64,000 bases of DNA. Source: an uncultured delta proteobacterium (GTDB taxonomy: Bacteria > Myxococcota > Kuafuiibacteriia > Kuafuiibacteriales > Kuafuiibacteriaceae). The position numbers and the translations under genes were made by a program. Positions 49,551-60,492 of this stretch are shown piece after piece (position 1 is the first letter of the stretch; every line of letters begins with the position of its first letter). The DNA lies in the NCBI GenBank assembly GCA_963803435.1, contig CAWDML010000008.1:448001-512000 (forward strand), in the 5' to 3' direction. Under the pieces are notes generated by a model. That model did not search any database. It saw only the letters and a list, made by a program, of their open reading frames with translations, and was not told the DNA's origin.

Positions 49551-50610
49551 CGCGCGGGGCCCTCCAGCGACGACATCAGGGGCGCTCGAGCCTCGTGAAG
49601 CAGGAGCTCGAAGCGGTGGACGCCGAGAAAGCGGGGGTTGTGGGGGAGCGGATGCCAGCTCGGATCGGGATGGGCCAGCAGCGCCTCGAGTGAGACCAGA
49701 CGGACCTCGTCTCGGCCGGTGTGATAGACGACCCGGCGCGCGGCGTCGTGGATCGTCCCGCCGGTCGCTCGCCGAGCAGGATCATCGAGTGCATCCGGCT
49801 CCCGGTGTCGAACGGGACCGAGAAGAAGAGGAGGTCGCCGGCGCGGGCGTCTTCGAGGCGTCGTGAGATCAATCGCGTGTTGTGCTCCCAGAGCGTCCGC
49901 GCACCGGCGGCGGCGGTGAACTGCTCTCGGATCGGGAGTCGCGGATCGAACGGCCCTCCGACCTTGCGGAACGGCAGATCGCCGATGATCGGGAGATCGG
50001 GGTAGTGAAACGCCGCGACGTCGCGCTCTCCGATCGACAGCGGGTGCTTGCGCCGCGCCAGCCAGGCGGCGTCGTGGGCCCGGAGCGCTTCACGGTAGGC
50101 GAACCGGATCAGGCCGGCGCAGTCCTGATGGACCTTCGGCCAGGCGTCGTCGACCGCGGTGGCCTGGGCCTCGGCGATCGCGGTGAACCAGCCGGTGAAG
50201 GCGGCACGGTCCTCCTCGGAGAGGAGCTCGGCGGTGTCGGGGAGACCGTCGCTGTCGTCGTCGGTGGTCGAGGCGACCAGCCGGAGCTCGGCGCGAGCTT
50301 CGCCGGCGACGATCGTGACCGTCCCGCTCTGACGGCCCGCGCGGATCACCGTCGAGCCGTCGTACGCAGGCAGGATCTCGACACCGGCGGCGCGTTCGAT
50401 CTCGACGGCCGGTGGCGCACCCAGCGTCCGCGCCCCGAAGACGTTGGTCCGGTGGGCGCGGACGCGGGCGACGGCGCTGCCGTCCGCGGGCAGCGTGGTC
50501 CGGTCGAGCTCCACGGCTGTGCCGGCCGGGACCAGGCACACGGCGGTCACCACGAGCGCGATCGCCACGGCGCCGATGAGCGACCGGTCCCTAGGGGCTC
50601 GCGATGGCAT
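49547..50610 (-). CDS. DUF1175 (YfaT-like) protein with N-terminal Ig-like domain, frameshifted near 49740
   Basis: [27 protein letters not shown] and HSMI; an alternate frame continues VYHTG...WHP...NPRFLGVHR. Confidence 0.85.
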
Positions 50611-52159
50611 GGAGCGCACCCTCCGCGATCTCGCCCTTCACCGTCATCTTCGCGAACGCCGCCCCTCCCGAGCCGAGCGCCGCGAAGGTCGGTCCCAGCA
50701 CCTCCTGGGCCTCGCTCCAGGGGGCCTCGGCGTCATGCTCGAGCGCGTGCGCGTAGAACCCGTTGAGGAAGCCCGCCGCCCGATCGAGATCGAGGTACAC
50801 GCCCCCGCCGTCGCCTGCGAGGTCGACGCCGTGCCTGTCGGCCAGCGAGGGCGCCTGGCCGGTGCCGGCCGCGAGCGCGCTGCGCAGGCGCTCGGGATCG
50901 AGCCCGATCAACAGCGCGTCCTTCGTGATCGCGGCCGAGGGTCCTCCGGCATCGAGGAGGATCGCGCCGCCGTATGGCTCGAGCACGCTCCGCGCCGGCG
51001 TCTTGCCCGAGAGGTCCGCCAGCAGCTGGCGCACCTGGGGCTCGAGCACATCGGGAGCGGAGGTATGCGCGAAGACGATCAGACCCGCAGGCGTGGCCGG
51101 CGACTCCCCTTGCGCGGCCGCCCCGAGGATCACGGCGACCCCGGGGGACAGCGCGCTCGCGAGGGGCTTCTCCTTCGCGATGTCGCCCAGCCGGTCCTCG
51201 AGAGCCGCCAGCATCGCGTCCGAGGGGGACGCGTCGCTCGCCGCCGCGAGGAACGACGCCTCCGGAGCGTAGCGCAGAAGCGCTGCCGCGGTCGCAGATC
51301 GATGGGAGCGGCGCCGCATGATCACCGGCCCCGCGGGATCGGTCACGAGAGACATTCCGATCGCGTCGACGCCGAAGAGCTGGAGCGCCGATCGCTCGGG
51401 CGCCCGTGCGACCACGTGGATCCCGGGGGTACTCGGCGGTGGAAAGAGCGGCTCCTTCGAGGCGGGATCATCGCCGTCCTTCATCGCCAGCGCCACGGCG
51501 CGCGAGACCAGGTCGGCGTCGTTCCCGGCGATGAGGAGGTTCTCGAAGACCGCGAAGAGGATGGTCTCGTCGCGGAAGGCCAGCGTGCGCAGCTCGACCC
51601 CGCTGACCTCTCTCCGGCTCTCCTTCGGGAGCGGCTCCTGGCTGATCATCGCGAAGGCGGCGGCGAAACGGAGGATGTCGCCCTCGGTGGGGTCGATCGA
51701 CTTCACCAGGAGCACGGCCGGTGGACCGTCCTCCGAGAAGCGCAGCCCGGCGGCGGTCGGCCCCCTCCAGAGCGCGGCTCGGCCGTCGTTGGTCCCGGTG
51801 AGCGCGGCGGCCTGCGCGGCCTGGTGCTGCAGGCCGTCGAGCGCGAGATAGGCGCGCGACATCCGCAGCTCGCGGAAGAGCGGAGTCTCCATCAGCCGCT
51901 TCGCGTACGGTTGCTTGACCGCCCATGCGCGCCACGCCTCCGGGTCGGGGCTGGCCGCGATCAGGTCGAGATCGTTTGGGACGGCGGCGAGCGGAGCGTC
52001 GACCTTCGCCTTTTTTCGATCCGCGAAGAGAAGCTTGAAGATCTCCTCGGCGCTCGAGGGCAGCGACGAGACGACGCCCTTCTTCTCCTCACCACATCGG
52101 CAGGCGACGGCGCTCGCGGTCACGATCGCGCAGCCGGCCAGGATCCACTTGGCTTTCAT
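50591..52159 (-). CDS. Hypothetical lipoprotein, first gene of A2M operon
   Basis: MKAKWILAGCAIVTASAVAC signal; 522 aa; occupies the position of yfaA in the E. coli cluster. Confidence 0.7.
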   Translation of the reverse strand: MKAKWILAGCAIVTASAVACRCGEEKKGVVSSLPSSAEEIFKLLFADRKKAKVDAPLAAVPNDLDLIAASPDPEAWRAWAVKQPYAKRLMETPLFRELRMSRAYLALDGLQHQAAQAAALTGTNDGRAALWRGPTAAGLRFSEDGPPAVLLVKSIDPTEGDILRFAAAFAMISQEPLPKESRREVSGVELRTLAFRDETILFAVFENLLIAGNDADLVSRAVALAMKDGDDPASKEPLFPPPSTPGIHVVARAPERSALQLFGVDAIGMSLVTDPAGPVIMRRRSHRSATAAALLRYAPEASFLAAASDASPSDAMLAALEDRLGDIAKEKPLASALSPGVAVILGAAAQGESPATPAGLIVFAHTSAPDVLEPQVRQLLADLSGKTPARSVLEPYGGAILLDAGGPSAAITKDALLIGLDPERLRSALAAGTGQAPSLADRHGVDLAGDGGGVYLDLDRAAGFLNGFYAHALEHDAEAPWSEAQEVLGPTFAALGSGGAAFAKMTVKGEIAEGALHAIASP

Positions 52160-52247
52160 GAGCTTCCCCCGCGGCCGTGTACGACGGATCGGAGCGGCGA
52201 TCGAGCCCCGGTGCGGCGGCATTACCGATCGGGTATGTTCCCGCACC

Positions 52248-52997
52248 GTGACGATCGGCGTGCTGCTCTCGGCTCTGTTGCTTTCTTCGCCCACGGTGAA
52301 GATCGAGACGCCGGCTTCCGGATGGACGACCGAGCGTGTGATCACGGTGACCGGCCAGGCGACCGACGCCACCGAGCTGGGCGTGCTCACCGTGAACGGC
52401 GTGGAGCGCCCGCTCCCCCTCGCCGGCGGACATTTCACCGCCACCTTCGCCCTGGGACGCGGCGAGAACGCGATCGAGGCGATCGCTTTTGCGAAGGACG
52501 GAAAGAGCCCACCGGCCCGCGATCGCATCGCGCTCTACGCGGAGATCCCGCGCGTCGATCTGCAGGTGCTCCTGTTCTGGGACACCGACGGTACCGACGT
52601 CGATCTCCACGTCACTGAGCCGAGCGGCGAGATCGTCAACTACACGCACCCGGTGAGCAGCACCACCGGAGGTCGCCTCGACCGCGACGACACCGACGGA
52701 TACGGGCCCGAGATCTTCTCACTCGGCGCGGCGCCCGCAGGCGTCTACGAGATCGCGGCGCACTACTACGGCGATCGTGGAACGGGACAGACCTCGGCCA
52801 CCGTGATGGTGGTGGCGCGGGAGGGCACCGACGAGGAGCGTCGCTGGCGTTTCGAAGTGCCGCTGACGCGCGCCGGTGAGAAGGCGGTGCTCGCGACGAT
52901 CGACCTTCCGCCGCCCGGCATGAGCTTCGATCGCGATCCCAAGCGAAAGGGCGAGACCGAGACGATCAAGGACGCCCCCATCCCGCACGGGCAGTAG
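52248..52997 (+). CDS. DUF2135 (YfaP-like) protein
   Basis: DLQVLLFWDTDGTDVDLHVTEPSGE...GGRLDRDDTDGYGPEIF...HYYG. Confidence 0.9.
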   Translation: MTIGVLLSALLLSSPTVKIETPASGWTTERVITVTGQATDATELGVLTVNGVERPLPLAGGHFTATFALGRGENAIEAIAFAKDGKSPPARDRIALYAEIPRVDLQVLLFWDTDGTDVDLHVTEPSGEIVNYTHPVSSTTGGRLDRDDTDGYGPEIFSLGAAPAGVYEIAAHYYGDRGTGQTSATVMVVAREGTDEERRWRFEVPLTRAGEKAVLATIDLPPPGMSFDRDPKRKGETETIKDAPIPHGQ

Positions 52998-53000
52998 CCG

Positions 53001-53339
53001 TCAGAGGCGGATCATCTTCACCGCGCGGACCAACCGATCCCGCAGCTCCGCCTTCTTCGCCTGGTACTGATACACGCCCCGCTTGGCTCCGGTCGGCCAG
53101 CGGTGCTGGAGCGCCCCCAGCCACTTCCCGACCTCGACGACCTGCCGGTAGCTCGACAGCAACGCGCGCGCGATCTTGCGGAGCTCCGCCAGATCGCTGT
53201 CGAAGGGGAACGGTGCCTGAGACCAGTCGCGGCAGTGCGTGTGTTCGCCGTCGGGGTGTTCGGTCACCCAGAACGGCGCCTCGAGGAGCGGGCGGCCGCA
53301 GACCAGACACCGGCCGGCGGGCGGGGGTGGGTGGTGCAC
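53001..53339 (-). CDS. Small hypothetical protein with CxxC...HxxC zinc-binding-like motif
   Basis: CLVCGRP...HTHC followed by a helical C-terminus. Start uncertain. Confidence 0.55.
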   Translation of the reverse strand: MHHPPPPAGRCLVCGRPLLEAPFWVTEHPDGEHTHCRDWSQAPFPFDSDLAELRKIARALLSSYRQVVEVGKWLGALQHRWPTGAKRGVYQYQAKKAELRDRLVRAVKMIRL

Positions 53340-53370
53340 TCGATCCAAGATAGACTGAACGTATGTACAG

Positions 53371-54282
53371 TCAAGGCGGTGGAAGACCCGGTCGAGTTTT
53401 TTGAAGGATCTCCTCGGGATCCACGTGGACACCGTTCTTGCGAAGCTCGAAGTGGAGGTGCGGGCCGGTGGAGCGCCCGGTGCTCCCGACCAGGCCGACC
53501 GGCGTCCCGGCGGCCACGTGCGCGCGGTTTGCCACCAGGAGCTCGGCCAGGTGGCCGTAGATGCTGACCCAGCCATCGGGGTGCCGGACGATCACGGTGT
53601 TGCCGGTGCCGGAGAGCCATCCTGCGAACGAGACGCGCCCGGGCGCCGCCGCGTAGACGACCTCGCCGGTGACGCCGGCGAGATCGACACCTGCGTGGAA
53701 ACGGATCGCGCCCTCGTCGAGGATCGGATCCTGGCGATCGCCGAAGGGGCTGGTGATGAGCACGGGCGTGATGGGCCAGCGGAACGCGATCGGCGCGCGC
53801 TTTTCGATCGTCGGGCTGTCGGGAGAGCGAAGGTGGATGCGGATTTGCCGCCGCACGCCCTCGTAGGCGGTTCGGATGTACGCGGGCGCTGGACCGTACC
53901 GCGCCGTCGTCAGATCGAGCTCCGATTCCAGCGCAACGTTGGTCCGCAGCAGGAGCGGCCCCGGAAAGTCCCCCGGTGCTCGATCGAAGGCCTCGTCGAG
54001 GAACAGCACGAGCGCGCTCCAGACGGACCGCATTCGCTCGGGCCAGAAGCGCTTCCGGGTCGAGACCACCTCGGTCTCTGCGACCTGCCGCCGCTCCGCC
54101 ATGAACTGAACCATGTGCAGATCGACCTCGGTCGCCAGCTCGGGATCCCGCGGGAAGGCCGGCGGCCGGCGAGGTCCCCCCGGCCGCGGGGGCCGCGCGG
54201 CCACCTCCACCGGTGTCAGGTCGGCCTCGTGAACCGGCGCGGCGCACCCCACGAGAGCGAGCAGCACCAGACCCCGGACCAC
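53371..54282 (-). CDS. M23 family metallopeptidase lipoprotein
   Basis: ITSPFG.R.DP, HAGVD, YGHL and GSTGRSTGPHLHFE motifs. Confidence 0.93.
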   Translation of the reverse strand: MVRGLVLLALVGCAAPVHEADLTPVEVAARPPRPGGPRRPPAFPRDPELATEVDLHMVQFMAERRQVAETEVVSTRKRFWPERMRSVWSALVLFLDEAFDRAPGDFPGPLLLRTNVALESELDLTTARYGPAPAYIRTAYEGVRRQIRIHLRSPDSPTIEKRAPIAFRWPITPVLITSPFGDRQDPILDEGAIRFHAGVDLAGVTGEVVYAAAPGRVSFAGWLSGTGNTVIVRHPDGWVSIYGHLAELLVANRAHVAAGTPVGLVGSTGRSTGPHLHFELRKNGVHVDPEEILQKTRPGLPPP

Positions 54283-54326
54283 GGCCTACTATCGCGTTGC
54301 CCAGGGATCAGGTCCACGCCCGGGGC

Positions 54327-55649
54327 TCAAGGCTGCAGCGCGATGCCCACCGGGATGTTCTCCGAGTCGACGCCGAGGTCCGTCATCCCCACGACCGTCG
54401 CCGAGCCTGGGCCGGCAATCCGCACGATCGCGACGTTTGGCTGCCCGTTCCCGTCGGTGCTCGTCACGAAGACCCAGTCCGTGAGCGGGCCCCGCCGGAC
54501 CGCGGCCATCCCCTCGGCGAGGCCGATGCCGCTCAGGCGATCGACCTCGACGAACCCGGCGCCCTCATCCGCCAGCACGGCGACCTGCCCCGGGGTGAGG
54601 AGCGAGACCAGCGCGGTGGAGCCGTCGGTGGAGAACAGGGCTTCGCGGGCATCCTCGAGGTTCATCAGCCGTCCGGTCTCGGTGAGCGCGTTCCCGGAGA
54701 TCGACACCACCGAGACCTCGTTTCCGTCGTTCGAGAACGGAAATCCGTTCGGGATCAGGAGTGTGGAGCCGTCGGGCGAGACGGCAATCCGCAGCGCGTC
54801 GACGAAGTCGGTGAAGACGTCGAAGGCGTCGAGCTGCGTCCACCCGACGCGCGACGTGTACGAGAGCAGTCGGACGTCATCCTCGTCGATCGGCGCGAAC
54901 GCGGTCTGACCGCCGAGCAGGATCGCGCGAGAGCCGCCAGGGAGAAATGCCAGCGAGGCGGACAGACGGACGTTGAAGAACTCGCTCGGCCTCTCGGTCA
55001 GGCTGCCGTCGCAGCCCAGCTCGACGGTGGAGATGCCGCTGCTGGCGGCGACGTCGAAACCGACCACGAACACCGTCCGTCCGTCCTCCCAGAAGTGGAG
55101 GTCGCCGTAACCCGCAGCCGGGAGCGATATCGTGTCGACCACGCTCATCGCTTGCACGCCGGCGACGAGGACCGACGCCAGCTCACCGTTCTCACCGAGC
55201 ACCAGCGCGTACTGGCCGTTGGGCGTGAACTCGATGCGGATCGGACGGAAGCCCACCGACAGCCGCATGCCATCGTCGATGAGCGCGCCGGAGGAAGCGA
55301 GCGTGAGCGAGCGGATCTCGGTGCCATCCACGCTCGGGTTGGCGGTGAACGGCTGGCCCACGACCAGCACGCGATCGCGATCGGCGGCGCCGGGGAGGGC
55401 CAGCTCGCACGGGGTCCCGCCGTCCGGGGAGACGCCCGCGTCCTCTGTCCCGCCGTCCTCGATCGCCGCGTCCCCCGGCGCCGCGTCGGCGGCCGCGGCG
55501 TCGGGGAAGAGCCCGGAGTCCGAGAGCACGCCGGAGTCGAGCCGGAACCGGATCTCGCCGCCGTCGCTGCCGCTGTCCGGCACGATCCCAATCGGATCGG
55601 CCTCGCAGGCGGCGAGCAGGAGGAGGAGAGCGACACATCCCGAGCGCAT
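54327..55649 (-). CDS. Beta-propeller lipoprotein
   Basis: Lipobox LAAC, DAG linker, and repeated FTPNG/VSPDG/FSTDG blade motifs. Confidence 0.78.
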   Translation of the reverse strand: MRSGCVALLLLLAACEADPIGIVPDSGSDGGEIRFRLDSGVLSDSGLFPDAAAADAAPGDAAIEDGGTEDAGVSPDGGTPCELALPGAADRDRVLVVGQPFTANPSVDGTEIRSLTLASSGALIDDGMRLSVGFRPIRIEFTPNGQYALVLGENGELASVLVAGVQAMSVVDTISLPAAGYGDLHFWEDGRTVFVVGFDVAASSGISTVELGCDGSLTERPSEFFNVRLSASLAFLPGGSRAILLGGQTAFAPIDEDDVRLLSYTSRVGWTQLDAFDVFTDFVDALRIAVSPDGSTLLIPNGFPFSNDGNEVSVVSISGNALTETGRLMNLEDAREALFSTDGSTALVSLLTPGQVAVLADEGAGFVEVDRLSGIGLAEGMAAVRRGPLTDWVFVTSTDGNGQPNVAIVRIAGPGSATVVGMTDLGVDSENIPVGIALQP

Positions 55650-55763
55650 CGGCGGACCCTTGCGAGCCGGCGCAGGATTCGCAACGGGCCCGCGGCGCGG
55701 TTTGGGAACCAGCCCTCAATCAGCGCTTCGACCGAGTTCGAGACTCCACGCAAGCTTCCCCCC

Positions 55764-55790
55764 GAAACCCGCCAGGGAGGCCACCGATAA
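55764..55790 (+). promoter_or_regulatory. Putative sigma28/FliA-like promoter
   Basis: GAAA-N15-ACCGATAA, ending 6 nt before ATG 55797. Confidence 0.5.
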
Positions 55791-55796
55791 CGTCGC

Positions 55797-56258
55797 ATGG
55801 TGTCCAGCACAGCTTCTCGCCCCGACCCTGTCGGCGCCTACCTCGACGGCATCGCGCGCGCCCGGTCCTGGAGGGCCGGCGTCTTCGAGGCGATGCAGGA
55901 GGCCGTCTCCCGCAACCCTTACGGCGTGCTCAAGGCTGTGAACGAGACCTTCCGCGAGGATCGCGCCACCCCTTCGCGCCAGCAGATGCTCAAGTACGGC
56001 GGCACCACCAATCGGATCGGCCGCGGGTCGGTCATCAAGAACACGCACAACGCCGCGTGGGGCGCGATCTTCGGCGCGACCGGCCTGCGCGTCCCCGTTC
56101 GCGATCTGCTGGACGTCGTCACCAAGGCAGGCGCGGAGATCGACGAGGCCTTCCAGTTCGCGACGGCGACCTGGACCACCAGCTCCGGAGATGAGGTCAC
56201 CGGCGCCGTCTTCAACTGGGATCGGTGGAACGGGAAGAAGTGGGTCCCGGACGAGTAG
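55797..56258 (+). CDS. Hypothetical protein
   Basis: 153-aa ORF with normal GC3 bias and a Ser/Thr-rich N-terminus, isolated on the + strand. Confidence 0.72.
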   Translation: MVSSTASRPDPVGAYLDGIARARSWRAGVFEAMQEAVSRNPYGVLKAVNETFREDRATPSRQQMLKYGGTTNRIGRGSVIKNTHNAAWGAIFGATGLRVPVRDLLDVVTKAGAEIDEAFQFATATWTTSSGDEVTGAVFNWDRWNGKKWVPDE

Positions 56259-56285
56259 CTCGCGATGACCTCCGTGGTGGAGGTC

Positions 56286-56866
56286 TCAGATGGGCTCGAG
56301 CTCCAGGATCGGATCGCCGGCTGCCAGGTCGTCGCCGTCCGCCGGCACCACGCGGACCACGCGCGCGCGCGGCGGCTGCCCGCCGCCGCCGTAGGTGATC
56401 CGGTTGAACGTCTTCATCACCTCGAGCAGACAGATCGTCTGGCCTGGACCGAGCTCGTCACCTTCGCTGACGAAGGCCGGCTTGTCAGGCGCGGTCCGGC
56501 GGTAGAAGCGCCCGCTCATCGGCGCGGCGAACACCATCCCCGCGGCGCGGTGCACGGCTGCGCTCTCGGCTTCGAGCTCCGCGATCTGTCCGGCCGTTTC
56601 GGGATCGAGCAGCACCAACAGATCGCCGTATCCGACCGACCGCCGGGCTCGCAGCGGATCCGCTGTTTCTACCACGATCCCGACCGCGCTCTCCGGCACG
56701 ATCAGATCCGACACCACGCCGAGCACCTCGAGCGCGCCGGCCCTCATCCCCGGCCGGAGCAGCGCCCCCTCGAGCGGCGCCTCTCGAAAGAGCCCCACGC
56801 CCGGCGCGCGAACCTCGATGCGGCCGTCGCTGCGCTTCTTGATCAATGCGCTGATCGACGCCCGCA

Positions 56867-56867
<1 letters not shown>
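56286..56867 (-). CDS. Biotin carboxyl carrier protein
   Basis: APMSGRFYR...LLEVMKTFN (biotinyl-Lys motif). Confidence 0.9.
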
Positions 56868-58600
<1,733 letters not shown>

Positions 58601-58603
58601 GGG

Positions 58604-59953
58604 CTACTCCTCGACCGGCCACCCGGGGATGGTGCGGTTGTCGTACGCGTTCTCGCGGAAGGCGCGCGAGCGCAGGATGGCGAGGTGCATCGGGATGGTG
58701 GTGGGGATGCCTTCGCACTCGAGCTGCTCGAGCGCGCGGATCATCCGATCGGCCGCGTCGTCACGATCGTCGCCGTGCGCGATCACCTTGGCGATGAGGC
58801 TGTCGTAGAACGGCGGGACCTCGTAGCCCGAGCGGACGTGGGTATCGACGCGAACGCGCGGCTCGGCCGGCAGGGTCCAGGTCGCGATCACACCGGGCGC
58901 CGGCCGGAAGCCCTTCGACGGATCCTCGGCGTTGATCCGGCACTCGATCGCCACCCCCTCGAGCCTGATCCGATCCTGCGTCATCGGAAGGCGGCGACCT
59001 GCGCCGACCTCGATCTGCAGCTGCACCAGATCGAGCCCGCTCCGCATCTCGGAGACCGAATGCTCCACCTGCAAGCGTGTGTTCATCTCCATGAAGCGGA
59101 GCTTGCCGGTGTCGTCGAGGAGGAACTCCATCGTGCCGGCGCCCACGTAGCCGATCGCGCGGGCGGCGCGCACGGCGGCGTCGAGCGTGCGGGCCCGCTC
59201 CTCGGGCGCGAGCAACGGCGCGGGCGACTCCTCGATCAGCTTCTGGTGATTGCGCTGAACGGTGCAGTCGCGCTCGCCCACGTGGAGGACGTGCCCGTAC
59301 TTGTCTGCGATCAGCTGGATCTCGACGTGCCGCCCGCCCTCGATCAGGCGCTCGAGGTAGACGCGGTCGTCGCCGAACGCGGCCAGCGCCTCCGCCTGCG
59401 CCTCGACGAACGCCTTGCTCACCTCGCCGCCGTTGCGCGCGATCCGCATGCCGCGCCCGCCGCCGCCGCTCTCCGCCTTCAGGAGCACCGGGAAGCCCGC
59501 CCGCGTGGCCGCATCCTCGGCGGCCTCGACGCTCTCGAGCACGCCGTCGCTGCCGGGGATCAGCTCGAGCCCGGCGGCGGCCATCGCCTTCTTGGCCGGC
59601 GTCTTCTTCCCCATCAGGTGCATCACCGCCGCCGGCGGGCCGAGAAACGTGATCCCGTGGCTCTCCGCGAGCGCCGCGAAGAGGGCGTTCTCCGAGAGGA
59701 AGCCCCATCCCGGATGGATCGCGGTGCATCCCGACTGCAAGGCAGCCTGCACCACCTTGGCGGCGTCGAGATAGCTCTCCGAAGCGCGCGCCGGACCCAG
59801 CACGACGACCTCGCGCCCCTCGGTGTACGGCGCCTGGCGATCCGCTTCGGAGACGCCGAATACCGGCGTGATACCCATGGAGTCACACGTTCGCGCAATC
59901 CGGGCGGCCACCTCACCCCGATTCGCGACGAACAACCTCTGAAAGCCGCCCAC
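58604..59953 (-). CDS. Biotin carboxylase
   Basis: ANRGE.A.RI, IHPGWGFLSEN, KA..GGGGRGM, ERDC.VQR.HQK, EMNTRLQVEH, ECRINAED and YDSLIAK motifs. Confidence 0.96.
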   Translation of the reverse strand: MGGFQRLFVANRGEVAARIARTCDSMGITPVFGVSEADRQAPYTEGREVVVLGPARASESYLDAAKVVQAALQSGCTAIHPGWGFLSENALFAALAESHGITFLGPPAAVMHLMGKKTPAKKAMAAAGLELIPGSDGVLESVEAAEDAATRAGFPVLLKAESGGGGRGMRIARNGGEVSKAFVEAQAEALAAFGDDRVYLERLIEGGRHVEIQLIADKYGHVLHVGERDCTVQRNHQKLIEESPAPLLAPEERARTLDAAVRAARAIGYVGAGTMEFLLDDTGKLRFMEMNTRLQVEHSVSEMRSGLDLVQLQIEVGAGRRLPMTQDRIRLEGVAIECRINAEDPSKGFRPAPGVIATWTLPAEPRVRVDTHVRSGYEVPPFYDSLIAKVIAHGDDRDDAADRMIRALEQLECEGIPTTIPMHLAILRSRAFRENAYDNRTIPGWPVEE

Positions 59954-60051
59954 GACGCGCCGGAAGCTACCACAACGCACCGATCGGTGACGTCACCCCC
60001 GAAGACGCGGGTGATTTTCCGGCCGGCATCCCCGATGCAGACCGATCGAGC

Positions 60052-60492
60052 ATGCCGGTGGGTGAGCTCCGGCGCAGCGCGCGCCACGATCTTCGCTTTC
60101 GCGTCGTGTATGACGACGGAGGGAGCTACAGCGTCGGGGTTGTCGACGACCTCTCGGAGAACGGGATGCTGATCGAGACCGCCGAGCTTCTCCCCATCGG
60201 GAAGATCGTCGTGCTGGAGCCGGTCGAGGCGGAGGAGGACGAGCTCTTCGAGCTGCGCGCCCAGGTGGTGCGGCACCTGCGTCCGGACGAGCTGACCCGC
60301 AGCGTCCCCGGCTCCGAGGGCATCCATGGGCTCTCGGGGATGGGCTTGGAGTTCATCGGCCTCGGCACCTCGGGCCACGACCGGATTCAGGACTTGATCG
60401 GTCGTCTCGAGGCCTCGAGGAGGGCGGTCATCCCGCAGGGGGTGGCCGTCGCCGGCGGCGACGCCACATCCAACCCGCCGCACCGGCGATGA
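60052..60492 (+). CDS. PilZ domain protein
   Basis: RRSAR (RxxxR) and DLSENG (DxSxxG), plus GMGLEF. Confidence 0.85.
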   Translation: MPVGELRRSARHDLRFRVVYDDGGSYSVGVVDDLSENGMLIETAELLPIGKIVVLEPVEAEEDELFELRAQVVRHLRPDELTRSVPGSEGIHGLSGMGLEFIGLGTSGHDRIQDLIGRLEASRRAVIPQGVAVAGGDATSNPPHRR

